Of a DNA stretch of 64,000 nucleotides, positions 48,501 through 57,727 are shown in pieces. Source of the DNA: Candidatus Multivoradales bacterium (GTDB lineage Bacteria; Acidobacteriota; Thermoanaerobaculia; Multivoradales; J023); assembly GCA_965248925.1 (NCBI GenBank), contig CBDFLE010000006.1, forward strand, positions 4,096,001 through 4,160,000. The letters are read 5' to 3'. Position numbers and translations under genes: made by a program. Each line of letters begins with the position of its first letter. Positions within the stretch are counted from its first letter, which is position 1. The notes under the pieces are model-generated. The model saw only the letters and a program-made list of their open reading frames with translations. It was not told the DNA's origin and searched no databases.

Positions 48501-49606
48501 TTCAAGGGCCAGATCCGGCCGGGAACGAAGCCGCTGGCCTGAGCCTGGACAAAGGTCGGCACGCCGGCGAGGTGGGCGAGCTCGAATCGGCCCTCGCGAT
48601 CGGTCAGCACCCAGCGTCCGGGGTCGACGCCGGCCCACACCAACGCACCAGCTACCGGCGTCTCGCCAGCGATCGCCAAGACCTGCCCGTGGACCGACTG
48701 TCGGTGAGGAATCCTCAGCCGATGCAACCCGCTACCGAGCTGACTGACCGTGATGACCAATGCCGACGACGAGCCGTCGGGCGCCTGCAGCCACAGCGGC
48801 TGTTCTGGTGCCGTGCCAAGGTCAGGCAGCGACACCAAGCCGGCGGCATCGGAGATCGCCAGCGGCTGCTCCCAACCTTCGGCCCAGACGACGACATTCG
48901 GCATCGCCTCGCCCGCTGCCGCGGTGACCGCCAGCCGCTCCCGGCGCTCCGCGGCACGAACTTCGAGGACCGCAGGGTCCTGAGCAGCTGGTAGCTCGTA
49001 GCTTGCCAGAGCTCGATCCGTGAGCTGCAACTCGAGCTCTTCTCCCGGCCGTCGCTGAAGCAGAATCTCTCCCCGCCGATCGGACCGGTAATGCCGCGGG
49101 GCCGGCCTCCAACCAGGCGCCGCGGCCGATTTGACCGAAGAGCGCGCCGCGACCCTGCGACCGCTCACCGGCTCGCCGGCCGAGTCGACCAGCAGGACGG
49201 AGGCAATCTCTGATCTGGAAAGCACCAGCGGCGGCAACTCGACCGATCGGGTCTCGGCGAAAGGCCCCAGCCGCATTGCCAAGAAGCCTGCCGCGGAGAC
49301 CGTGACCGTCAGCAATGTTGGAGTGCCGATCTCGACGGCGAAACGCCCCGCGGAGTCGGTAGCCACTTGCAACCGCTGGTCCATCGCGGCCCCCTCGACG
49401 CCTCGCCGGCCCTGCTCGGCGCTGGTCGGCAAGTCGGCAAGGCTCACCCGCGCCCCGGCCAGCGGACGGCCCAGCCCATCTAGCACCGTCCCAGAGAGGA
49501 TCCAGAGTTGCTTGGCGGCGGCGGCGGGCGGCAGCCCCATCCATGCCAGATAGCCCACCATCAGCAGGGCATTGATCCTTCGCAGTGTTACAGGCCTTCG
49601 AAACAT
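45587..49606 (-). CDS. Large secreted protein with many carboxypeptidase-regulatory-like (Ig/prealbumin-fold) repeats
   Basis: Signal peptide from ATG 49606; about ten G-x-V-x-D-x-x-G-x-PV-x-GA-x-V...TD-x-x-G-x-F units. Confidence 0.88.
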   Translation of the reverse strand: MFRRPVTLRRINALLMVGYLAWMGLPPAAAAKQLWILSGTVLDGLGRPLAGARVSLADLPTSAEQGRRGVEGAAMDQRLQVATDSAGRFAVEIGTPTLLTVTVSAAGFLAMRLGPFAETRSVELPPLVLSRSEIASVLLVDSAGEPVSGRRVAARSSVKSAAAPGWRPAPRHYRSDRRGEILLQRRPGEELELQLTDRALASYELPAAQDPAVLEVRAAERRERLAVTAAAGEAMPNVVVWAEGWEQPLAISDAAGLVSLPDLGTAPEQPLWLQAPDGSSSALVITVSQLGSGLHRLRIPHRQSVHGQVLAIAGETPVAGALVWAGVDPGRWVLTDREGRFELAHLAGVPTFVQAQASGFVPGRIWPLKSAAGEPTRLSLPAAGPVLGRVLDATGGEVAGVAVSARESERATTFYRTDSAAARTLSEADGRFSLEGLAEGRTYELLAEHRTLGTAALSWTVGAAGEPRLRLTALATLTGRVLDSDGAPVAAVAVSVWPSREERGARTWTAESSPAGEVLVEGLPPGLCEVELRSSGYAPVRLQRVRIVAGKNTALGDLVLPQGASVAVRVTTLVNLPVAGARVQLLVPVEEWREKLLRQALTGEDGTLRFDDLGRDRVLRLRVAKEGYLDQHFTAVRAGGSAIEVVLRPAAAIRGRVTSGDGEPVAGARVAMAHSEPLPATGGRAMRSGPRLEGTETDPEGFYEVLGIPAGELRIWIRAAGYVSPQERRLTIAEGAVVEDVDYQLSAGAVVTGEVIDSDGQPVPRSHVQVADAGTSADAQGQYRVAGVPTGEQTAIAKHPDYGEIQQEIEVGEGENTLTLTLEKGQEVLGEAVDAAGRLLSGAYVTLRVPASGGRFYSTSSDSGGRFSFPSVDDGEYQLEGQLVGLADARLEAPVVVPDTDGSALQLIFDRGVRVHGRVLGLEPTELSGVRIEAETGAGRAKSGTVDFDGNFEVQNLAPGRWLLRATRGDGARHTQARLLLGAGDSDIERDLEFERRLNLDGQVIRGEDGLAAVDVTLQGNRLAVARRVVTDQDGRFEIEDLRPGAYLLSLRHGHERLVHNEEILLDADRTMTIDLETGSLSGAVVESQSGTPLSAALLALRRVVTRPREFPFLVTHGSHEDGSFFIPRVPAGHYQLTVHKEGFAEHSAQIEVVAGQELEDLRIELAATRGLQLLVRAVGGPPAWLSARLTHATTGQVLQQSRALDSQGRCQLATVPAGEWQVAIGAPGASLTTITASVPGPPVEVQLIPGSRLEVSVEDLASSDQLAALVVVGADGRRVETLAEGGALRDAWKIRAGVGVIDGLPPGLWTVEARSPDGRSWMATVLAQGEPRIKVALH

Positions 49607-49771
49607 GCTCGGTGGCTCCTCTACGCAGGGGTTCGGTAGCCAGCGCCCGGGCCAGCCGGCGGCGGCCGGCACCTGGACGCCAGTCACGGTCTCACGGCAG
49701 CAGGGTCTCACAAGAAACGGCGGTTCCCACTGGGTTGACGGCCTCGGTGTCGGTGGCCGTTCTAGAAAGGA

Positions 49772-49860
49772 GACGCGGAAGGAGTGCCGGACGGGGGACA
49801 AACGAGGGTGGCCGATTTCCGCTAACGACTTTGGCCCACCTGCATCGACTTGCCCGCGTC
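49772..49860. promoter_or_regulatory. Back-to-back candidate ECF promoters TTGKCCC-N18-GCGTC
   Basis: Minus 49772-49801 TTGTCCCCCGTCCGGCACTCCTTCCGCGTC; plus 49831-49860 TTGGCCCACCTGCATCGACTTGCCCGCGTC. Confidence 0.5.
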
Positions 49861-49921
49861 ATCCATACAAGAAACGCGAGTTCTCGTTCCAAGAGGGCTG
49901 CTCAACAACGGAGGCAACGAA

Positions 49922-50434
49922 ATGACACGGAAAAACATCTTGCTACTCGGTCTGCTAACCGCCGCGCTGACGATGCCGGCGACCCCTTCCTGGGGGGCGA
50001 CTTGCTTCGGCTCCAACGCCACGATTCTCGGCACCGGCGGCGCTGACTTGATCTACGGCACCTCCGGGGCCGACGTGATCGATGCCAAAGGTGGCAACGA
50101 CGTGATCGATGCCAAAGGTGGCAACGACAAGATCTGTGGCCGGTCGGGCAACGACAAGATCACCGCCGGGTCGGGCCACGACTCGGTCGAGGGCGGCAAT
50201 GGCAATGACCAGATCGATGGTGACAGCGGCAGGGACGATGTGCGAGGAAACGCCGGGGACGACACTGTTGATGGCGGTATCGGACATGACGACGTTTGGG
50301 GGTACGGCGGCAGGGACTTTGTTCTCGGTGGCGGCGGCACCAACTACGTTCACGGCGGCAACGGCATCGACCGGTCGCTCCTGGGTCAGGGCAGCCAGAC
50401 TTTCGTCTCGGTCGAAGTCCTCGGAAGCCCATAG
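49922..50434 (+). CDS. Small secreted RTX/hemolysin-type Ca-binding repeat protein, copy 1
   Basis: GGAGG RBS; signal peptide; ATCFG..ATILGT; GG-x-G-x-D nonapeptide repeats. Confidence 0.88.
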   Translation: MTRKNILLLGLLTAALTMPATPSWGATCFGSNATILGTGGADLIYGTSGADVIDAKGGNDVIDAKGGNDKICGRSGNDKITAGSGHDSVEGGNGNDQIDGDSGRDDVRGNAGDDTVDGGIGHDDVWGYGGRDFVLGGGGTNYVHGGNGIDRSLLGQGSQTFVSVEVLGSP

Positions 50435-51039
50435 CTCGCCAGAGCTCGATCCGTGAGCTGCAACTCGAGCTCTTCTCCCGGCCGTCGCTGAAGCAGAATC
50501 TCTCCCCGCCGATCGGACCGGTAATGCCGCGGGGCCGGCCTCCAACCAGGCGCCGCGGCCGATTTGACCGAAGAGCGCGCCGCGACCCTGCGACCGCTCA
50601 CCGGCTCGCCGGCCGAGTCGACCAGCAGGACGGAGGCAATCTCTGATCTGGAAAGCACCAGCGGCGGCAACTCGACCGATCGGGTCTCGGCGAAAGGCCC
50701 CAGCCGCATTGCCAAGAAGCCTGCCGCGGAGACCGTGACCGTCAGCAATGTTGGAGTGCCGATCTCGACGGCGAAACGCCCCGCGGAGTCGGTAGCCACT
50801 TGCAACCGCGAGTCCATCGCGGCCCCCTCGACGCCTCGCCGGCCCTGCTCGGCGCTGGTCGGCAAGTCGGCAAGGCTCACCCGCGCCCCGGCCAGCGGAC
50901 GGCCCAGCCCATCTAGCACCGTCCCGGAGAGGATCCAGAGTTGCTTGGCGGCGGCGGCGGGCGGCAGCCCCATCCATGCCAGATAGCCCACTATCAGCAG
51001 GGCATTGATCCTTCGCAGTGTTACAGGCCTTCGAAACAT
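50386..51039 (-). pseudogene. 5' fragment copy of the 45587-49606 gene (217 aa)
   Basis: Near-identical to the first about 200 codons, then runs into the antisense of RTX copy 1. Confidence 0.8.
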
Positions 51040-51354
51040 GCTCGGTGGCTCCTCTACGCAGGGGTTCGGTAGCCAGCGCCCGGGCCAGCCGGCGGCGGCC
51101 GGCACCTGGACGCCAGTCACGGTCTCACGGCAGCAGGGTCTCACAAGAAACGGCGGTTCCCACTGGGTTGACGGCCTCGGTGTCGGTGGCCGTTCTAGAA
51201 AGGAGACGCGGAAGGAGTGCCGGACGGGGGACAAACGAGGGTGGCCGATTTCCGCTAACGACTTTGGCCCACCTGCATCGACTTGCCCGCGTCATCCATA
51301 CAAGAAACGCGAGCTCTCGTTCCAAGAGGGCTGCTCAACAACGGAGGCAACGAA

Positions 51355-51867
51355 ATGACACGGAAAAACATCTTGCTACTCGGTCTGCTAACCGCCGCGC
51401 TGACGATGCCGGCGACCCCTTCCTGGGGGGCGACTTGCTTCGGCTCCAACGCCACGATTCTCGGCACCGGCGGCGCTGACTTGATCTACGGCACCTCCGG
51501 GGCCGACGTGATCGATGCCAAAGGTGGCAACGACGTGATCGATGCCAAAGGTGGCAACGACAAGATCTGTGGCCGGTCGGGCAACGACAAGATCACCGCC
51601 GGGTCGGGCCACGACTCGGTCGAGGGCGGCAATGGCAATGACCAGATCGATGGTGACAGCGGCAGGGACGATGTGCGAGGAAACGCCGGGGACGACACTG
51701 TTGATGGCGGTATCGGACATGACGACGTTTGGGGGTACGGCGGCAGGGACTTTGTTCTCGGTGGCGCCGGCATCAACTACGTTCACGGCGGCAACGGCAT
51801 CGACCGGTCGCTCCTGGGTCAGGGCAACCAGACTTTCGTCTCGGTCGAAGTCCTCGGAAGCCCATAG
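51355..51867 (+). CDS. RTX-like secreted protein, copy 2
   Basis: Three amino-acid differences from copy 1 near the C-terminus. Confidence 0.88.
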   Translation: MTRKNILLLGLLTAALTMPATPSWGATCFGSNATILGTGGADLIYGTSGADVIDAKGGNDVIDAKGGNDKICGRSGNDKITAGSGHDSVEGGNGNDQIDGDSGRDDVRGNAGDDTVDGGIGHDDVWGYGGRDFVLGGAGINYVHGGNGIDRSLLGQGNQTFVSVEVLGSP

Positions 51868-52472
51868 CTCGCCAGAGCTCGATCCGTGAGCTGCAACTCG
51901 AGCTCTTCTCCCGGCCGTCGCTGAAGCAGAATCTCTCCCCGCCGATCGGACCGGTAATGCCGCGGGGCCGGCCTCCAACCAGGCGCCGCGGCCGATTTGA
52001 CCGAAGAGCGCGCCGCGACCCTGCGACCGCTCACCGGCTCGCCGGCCGAGTCGACCAGCAGGACGGAGGCAATCTCTGATCTGGAAAGCACCAGCGGCGG
52101 CAACTCGACCGATCGGGTCTCGGCGAAAGGCCCCAGCCGCATTGCCAAGAAGCCTGCCGCGGAGACCGTGACCGTCAGCAATGTTGGAGTGCCGATCTCG
52201 ACGGCGAAACGCCCCGCGGAGTCGGTAGCCACTTGCAACCGCGAGTCCATCGCGGCCCCCTCGACGCCTCGCCGGCCCTGCTCGGCGCTGGTCGGCAAGT
52301 CGGCAAGGCTCACCCGCGCCCCGGCCAGCGGACGGCCCAGCCCATCTAGCACCGTCCCAGAGAGGATCCAGAGTTGCTTGGCGGCGGCGGCGGGCGGCAG
52401 CCCCATCCATGCCAGATAGCCCACCATCAGCAGGGCATTGATCCTTCGCAGTGTTACAGGCCTTCGAAACAT
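51819..52472 (-). pseudogene. Second 5' fragment copy of the 45587-49606 gene
   Basis: Same structure as 50386-51039. Confidence 0.8.
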
Positions 52473-52745
52473 GCTCGGTGGCTCCTCTACGCAGGGGTTC
52501 GGTAGCCAGCGCCCGGGCCAGCCGGCGGCGGCTGGCACCTGGACGCCAGTCACAGTCTCACGGCAGCAGGGTCTCACAAGAAACGGCTCTAGAAAGGGCA
52601 CGCGGAAGGAGTGACGGACGGGGGACAAAGGAGGGTGCCCGATTTCCGCCAACGATCTTGGCCCACTTCTGGCGAGTTGTCCGCGTCATCCCTCAGGAAA
52701 TCCGAACGCTCTTTCTAGGAGTGGTTCCACAACGGAGGAAACGAG

Positions 52746-53267
52746 ATGACATGGAAAAGCACCCTTCTACTCGGTCTGATAGCCGCCGCGCTGACGATGC
52801 CGGCGACCCCTTCCTGGGGGGCGACTTGCTTCGGCTCCAACGCTACGATTCTCGGCACCGGCGGCGCTGACTTGATCTACGGCACCTCCGGGGCCGACGT
52901 GATCGATGCCGAAGGTGGCAACGACGTGATCGATGCCAAAGCTGGCAACGACAAGATCTGTGGCCGGTCGGGCAACGACAAGATCACCGCCGGGTCGGGC
53001 CACGACTCGGTCGAGGGCGGCAATGGCTATGACCAGATCGCTGGTGGCAGCGGCCGTGACGATGTGCGAGGAAACGCCGGGGACGACACTGTTGATGGCG
53101 GTATCGGACATGACGACGTTTGGGGGTACGGCGGCAACGACTTTGTTCTCGGTGGCGACGGCACCAACCTCGTCCACGGCGGAAACGGCTACGACTATTC
53201 GACGACACTGGGTCCGGGCAACCAGACCTTCGTCTCGATCGAAGTTCTCTTTCCGCGGCCGCTGTAG
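52746..53267 (+). CDS. RTX-like secreted protein, copy 3
   Basis: 173 aa, ends VLFPRPL. Confidence 0.88.
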   Translation: MTWKSTLLLGLIAAALTMPATPSWGATCFGSNATILGTGGADLIYGTSGADVIDAEGGNDVIDAKAGNDKICGRSGNDKITAGSGHDSVEGGNGYDQIAGGSGRDDVRGNAGDDTVDGGIGHDDVWGYGGNDFVLGGDGTNLVHGGNGYDYSTTLGPGNQTFVSIEVLFPRPL

Positions 53268-53308
53268 CGCCCCCGACCGGACTTGACGGCCTTGAGCGCA
53301 GGTTCGCC

Positions 53309-53335
53309 AGAGCTGGCCTTCGACGGGCCAGCTCT
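53309..53335. terminator. Hairpin between convergent RTX and sigma genes (present in each 1259-bp unit)
   Basis: AGAGCTGGCC-TTCGACG-GGCCAGCTCT; alternate units carry GAGCCGGCC...GGCCGGCTC. Confidence 0.55.
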
Positions 53336-53346
53336 CCGGGGCCGCT

Positions 53347-53847
53347 CTACTGCCCGGGTCCGCCTCCCTCTCGTAGCTGGCGTTGCAGGAAAGCCCGGGC
53401 GCAACGCCATTCCCGCTTAACGGTCCGACCGCTCACCCCCAAGGCCGAAGCGGTCTCCTCGACCGACAGACCAGCGAAGTAGCGCAGCTCGACGACCTTG
53501 CCCGCGCGCCGATCCCGGGCCTCCAGCTCGCACAGGGCGGCGTCGAGTTCCAACCAATCGGTAGGGCTGGCGCTGGCCACGTTTGCGGCCATGATGAGCG
53601 GTAGCACCGGCGCCCCTTCGCCACGTTTGAGGCTGACCTTACGGCGAAAATGATCGACCAGGATGCGGCGCATGATGCGGGCGGCGATGGCAAAGAAATG
53701 CTCTCAATTCTGCCAATCTGAACGCCCCTGCTTGACCAACCGAAGGTAGGCTTCGTTGACCAGCTCGGTGGGCCGCAGGGACGGGTTCGCCGGGTCGCTG
53801 GAGAGTCGTCGAGCGGCAATGGCATGAAGTGCCGGATAGATCATCCG
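53347..53847 (-). pseudogene. 5'-truncated ECF sigma copy with nonsense codon
   Basis: Matches 57124-57624; WQN-CGA changed to WQN-TGA. Confidence 0.85.
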
Positions 53848-54004
53848 GCGGAAAGGAGACGCGGAAGGAGTGCCGGACGGGGGACAAAGGAGGGTGCCCG
53901 ATTTCCGCCAACGATCTTGGCCCACTTCTGGCGAGTTGTCCGCGTCATCCCTCAGGAAATCCGAACGCTCTTTCTAGGAGTGGTTCCACAACGGAGGAAA
54001 CGAG

Positions 54005-54526
54005 ATGACATGGAAAAGCACCCTTCTACTCGGTCTGATAGCCGCCGCGCTGACGATGCCGGCGACCCCTTCCTGGGGGGCGACTTGCTTCGGCTCCAAC
54101 GCTACGATTCTCGGCACCGGCGGCGCTGACTTGATCTACGGCACCTCCGGGGCCGACGTGATCGATGCCAAAGGTGGCAACGACGTGATCGATGCCAAAG
54201 GTGGCAACGACAAGATCTGTGGCCGGTCGGGCAACGACAAGATCACCGCCGGGTCGGGCCACGACTCGGTCGAGGGCGGCAATGGCAATGACCAGATCGA
54301 TGGTGACAGCGGCAGGGACGATGTGCGAGGAAACGCCGGGGACGACACTGTTGATGGCGGTATCGGACATGACGACGTTTGGGGGTACGGCGGCAACGAC
54401 TTTGTTCTCGGTGGCGACGGCACCAACCTCGTCCACGGCGGAAACGGCTACGACTATTCGACGACACTGGGTCCGGGCAACCAGACCTTCGTCTCGATCG
54501 AAGTCTTGCTTTCCGCAGCCGTGTAG
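54005..54526 (+). CDS. RTX-like secreted protein, copy 4
   Basis: 173 aa, ends VLLSAAV. Confidence 0.88.
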   Translation: MTWKSTLLLGLIAAALTMPATPSWGATCFGSNATILGTGGADLIYGTSGADVIDAKGGNDVIDAKGGNDKICGRSGNDKITAGSGHDSVEGGNGNDQIDGDSGRDDVRGNAGDDTVDGGIGHDDVWGYGGNDFVLGGDGTNLVHGGNGYDYSTTLGPGNQTFVSIEVLLSAAV

Positions 54527-54605
54527 CGCTCCTGGGCGGACCCGACGGCTGCGAGCGTGGGTTCGTTGGAGCCGGCCTCCGACGGGCCGGCTCTCAGGGG
54601 CCGCT

Positions 54606-55106
54606 CTAGGCCCTGGGTCCGCCTCCCTCTCGTAGCTGGCGTTGCAGGAAAGCCCGGGCGCAACGCCATTCCCGCTTAACGGTCCGACCGCTCACCCCCA
54701 AAGCCGAAGCGGTCTCCTCGACCGACAGACCAGCGAAGTAGCGCAGCTCGACGACCTTGCCCGCGCGCCGATCCCGGGCCTCCAGCTCGCACAGGGCGGC
54801 GTCGAGTTCTAACCAATCGGTAGGGCTGGCGCTGGCCACGTTTGCGGCCATGATGAGCGGTAGCACCGGCGCCCCTTCACCACGTTTGAGGCTGACCTTA
54901 CGGCGAAAATGATCGACCAGGATGCGGCGCATGATGCGGGCGGCGATGGCAAAGAAATGCTCTCAATTCTGCCAATCTGAACGCCCCTGCTTGACCAACC
55001 GAAGGTAGGCTTCGTTGACCAGCTCGGTGGGCCGCAGGGACGGGTTCGCCGGGTCGCTGGAGAGTCGTCGAGCGGCAATGGCATGAAGTGCCGGATAGAT
55101 CATCCG
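54606..55106 (-). pseudogene. 5'-truncated ECF sigma copy with nonsense codon
   Basis: Same truncation and TGA as 53347-53847. Confidence 0.85.
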
Positions 55107-55263
55107 GCGGAAAGGAGACGCGGAAGGAGTGCCGGACGGGGGACAAAGGAGGGTGCCCGATTTCCGCCAACGATCTTGGCCCACTTCTGGCGAGTTGTCC
55201 GCGTCATCCCTCAGGAAATCCGAACGCTCTTTCTAGGAGTGGTTCCACAACGGAGGAAACGAG

Positions 55264-55785
55264 ATGACATGGAAAAGCACCCTTCTACTCGGTCTGATAG
55301 CCGCCGCGCTGACGATGCCGGCGACCCCTTCCTGGGGGGCGACTTGCTTCGGCTCCAACGCTACGATTCTCGGCACCGGCGGCGCTGACTTGATCTACGG
55401 CACCTCCGGGGCCGACGTGATCGATGCCAAAGGTGGCAACGACGTGATCGATGCCAAAGGTGGCAACGACAAGATCTGTGGCCGGTCGGGCAACGACAAG
55501 ATCACCGCCGGGTCGGGCCACGACTCGGTCGAGGGCGGCAATGGCAATGACCAGATCGATGGTGACAGCGGCAGGGACGATGTGCGAGGAAACGCCGGGG
55601 ACGACACTGTTGATGGCGGTATCGGACATGACGACGTTTGGGGGTACGGCGGCAACGACTTTGTTCTCGGTGGCGACGGCACCAACCTCGTCCACGGCGG
55701 AAACGGCTACGACTATTCGACGACACTGGGTCCGGGCAACCAGACCTTCGTCTCGATCGAAGTTCTCTTTCCGCGGCCGCTGTAG
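55264..55785 (+). CDS. RTX-like secreted protein, copy 5
   Basis: 173 aa, ends VLFPRPL. Confidence 0.88.
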   Translation: MTWKSTLLLGLIAAALTMPATPSWGATCFGSNATILGTGGADLIYGTSGADVIDAKGGNDVIDAKGGNDKICGRSGNDKITAGSGHDSVEGGNGNDQIDGDSGRDDVRGNAGDDTVDGGIGHDDVWGYGGNDFVLGGDGTNLVHGGNGYDYSTTLGPGNQTFVSIEVLFPRPL

Positions 55786-55864
55786 CGCCCCCGACCGGAC
55801 TTGACGGCCTTGAGCGCAGGTTCGCCAGAGCTGGCCTTCGACGGGCCAGCTCTCCGGGGCCGCT

Positions 55865-56365
55865 CTACTGCCCGGGTCCGCCTCCCTCTCGTAGCTGGCG
55901 TTGCAGGAAAGCCCGGGCGCAACGCCATTCCCGCTTAACGGTCCGACCGCTCACCCCCAAAGCCGAAGCGGTCTCCTCGACCGACAGACCAGCGAAGTAG
56001 CGCAGCTCGACGACCTTGCCCGCGCGCCGATCCCGGGCCTCCAGCTCGCACAGGGCGGCGTCGAGTTCCAACCAATCGGTAGGGCTGGCGCTGGCCACGT
56101 TTGCGGCCATGATGAGCGGTAGCACCGGCGCCCCTTCACCACGTTTGAGGCTGACCTTACGGCGAAAATGATCGACCAGGATGCGGCGCATGATGCGGGC
56201 GGCGATGGCAAAGAAATGCTCTCAATTCTGCCAATCTGAACGCCCCTGCTTGACCAACCGAAGGTAGGCTTCGTTGACCAGCTCGGTGGGCCGCAGGGAC
56301 GGGTTCGCCGGGTCGCTGGAGAGTCGTCGAGCGGCAATGGCATGAAGTGCCGGATAGATCATCCG
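55865..56365 (-). pseudogene. 5'-truncated ECF sigma copy with nonsense codon
   Basis: Same truncation and TGA as 53347-53847. Confidence 0.85.
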
Positions 56366-56522
56366 GCGGAAAGGAGACGCGGAAGGAGTGCCGGACGGGG
56401 GACAAAGGAGGGTGCCCGATTTCCGCCAACGATCTTGGCCCACTTCTGGCGAGTTGTCCGCGTCATCCCTCAGGAAATCCGAACGCTCTTTCTAGGAGTG
56501 GTTCCACAACGGAGGAAACGAG

Positions 56523-57044
56523 ATGACATGGAAAAGCACCCTTCTACTCGGTCTGATAGCCGCCGCGCTGACGATGCCGGCGACCCCTTCCTGGGGGGCG
56601 ACTTGCTTCGGCTCCAACGCTACGATTCTCGGCACCGGCGGCGCTGACTTGATCTACGGCACCTCCGGGCCCGACGTGATCGATGCCAAAGGTGGCAACG
56701 ACGTGATCGATGCCAAAGGTGGCAACGACAAGGTCTGTGGCCGGTCGGGCAACGACGTGATCGACGCCGGGTCGGGCCACGACCGGGTCGAGGGCGGCAA
56801 TGGCAATGACCAGATCGATGGTGGCAGCGGCAGTGACAATGTGCGAGGAAACGCCGGGGACGACACTGTTGACGGCGGTATCGGACATGACGACGTTTGG
56901 GGGTACGGCGGCAACGACTTTGTTCTCGGTGGCGACGGCAACAACCTCGTTCACGGCGGCAACGGCTTCGACCAGTCGACGATCCTGGGTCCGGGCATCC
57001 AGACTTTCGTCTCGGTCGAACTCCTCCTTCCGGGGCCGCTGTAG
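56523..57044 (+). CDS. RTX-like secreted protein, copy 6 (most divergent of copies 3-6)
   Basis: 173 aa, ends LLLPGPL. Confidence 0.88.
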   Translation: MTWKSTLLLGLIAAALTMPATPSWGATCFGSNATILGTGGADLIYGTSGPDVIDAKGGNDVIDAKGGNDKVCGRSGNDVIDAGSGHDRVEGGNGNDQIDGGSGSDNVRGNAGDDTVDGGIGHDDVWGYGGNDFVLGGDGNNLVHGGNGFDQSTILGPGIQTFVSVELLLPGPL

Positions 57045-57123
57045 CGCTCCTGGGCGGACCCGACGGCTGCGAGCGTGGGTTCGTTGGAGCCGGCCTCCGA
57101 CGGGCCGGCTCTCAGGGGCCGCT

Positions 57124-57705
57124 CTAGGCCCTGGGTCCGCCTCCCTCTCGTAGCTGGCGTTGCAGGAAAGCCCGGGCGCAACGCCATTCCCGCTTAACGG
57201 TCCGACCGCTCACCCCCAAAGCCGAAGCGGTCTCCTCGACCGACAGACCAGCGAAGTAGCGCAGCTCGACGACCTTGCCCGCGCGCCGATCCCGGGCCTC
57301 CAGCTCGCACAGGGCGGCGTCGAGTTCTAACCAATCGGTAGGGCTGGCGCTGGCCACGTTTGCGGCCATGATGAGCGGTAGCACCGGCGCCCCTTCACCA
57401 CGTTTGAGGCTGACCTTACGGCGAAAATGATCGACCAGGATGCGGCGCATGATGCGGGCGGCGATGGCAAAGAAATGCTCTCGATTCTGCCAATCTGAAC
57501 GCCCCTGCTTGACCAATCGAAGGTAGGCTTCGTTGACCAGCTCGGTGGGCTGCAGGGACGGGTTCGCCGGGTCGCTGGAGAGTCGTCGAGCGGCAATGGA
57601 ATGAAGTGCCGGATAGATCATCCGCATCAGATCTCGTTCGGCACCCGCGTCTCCCCCTTGCCATTTCTGAAGCAGTGCGGTGATGTCGGCGGAAGGTGTG
57701 CTCAT
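57124..57705 (-). CDS. ECF sigma factor of the Ser/Thr-kinase-associated type (TIGR02999-like)
   Basis: DITALLQKWQGGD, LQPTELVNEAYLRL, WQNREHFFAIAARIMRRILVD, VVELRYFAGLS, TVKREW. Confidence 0.93.
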   Translation of the reverse strand: MSTPSADITALLQKWQGGDAGAERDLMRMIYPALHSIAARRLSSDPANPSLQPTELVNEAYLRLVKQGRSDWQNREHFFAIAARIMRRILVDHFRRKVSLKRGEGAPVLPLIMAANVASASPTDWLELDAALCELEARDRRAGKVVELRYFAGLSVEETASALGVSGRTVKREWRCARAFLQRQLREGGGPRA

Positions 57706-57727
57706 TCGGGATCTCCAAGCGGCTTGC

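Larger units (their letters stand above)
48999..52587. repeat. Tandem duplication, period 1433 bp (about 2.5 units)
   Basis: 48999, 50432 and 51865 start near-identical units; third unit has a 39-bp deletion before switching to the 1259-bp unit. Confidence 0.95.
52592..57624. repeat. Tandem amplification, period 1259 bp (4 units)
   Basis: Units start at 52592, 53851, 55110 and 56369; each has an RTX gene plus the 3' part of the ECF sigma gene. Confidence 0.95.

Noticed and set aside
49922-57044. RTX copies as DGR template/variable repeats diversified by the RT
   Set aside because: Several differences are at A but G and C changes also occur, whole genes with flanks are duplicated, and the RT is CRISPR-type and 23 kb away
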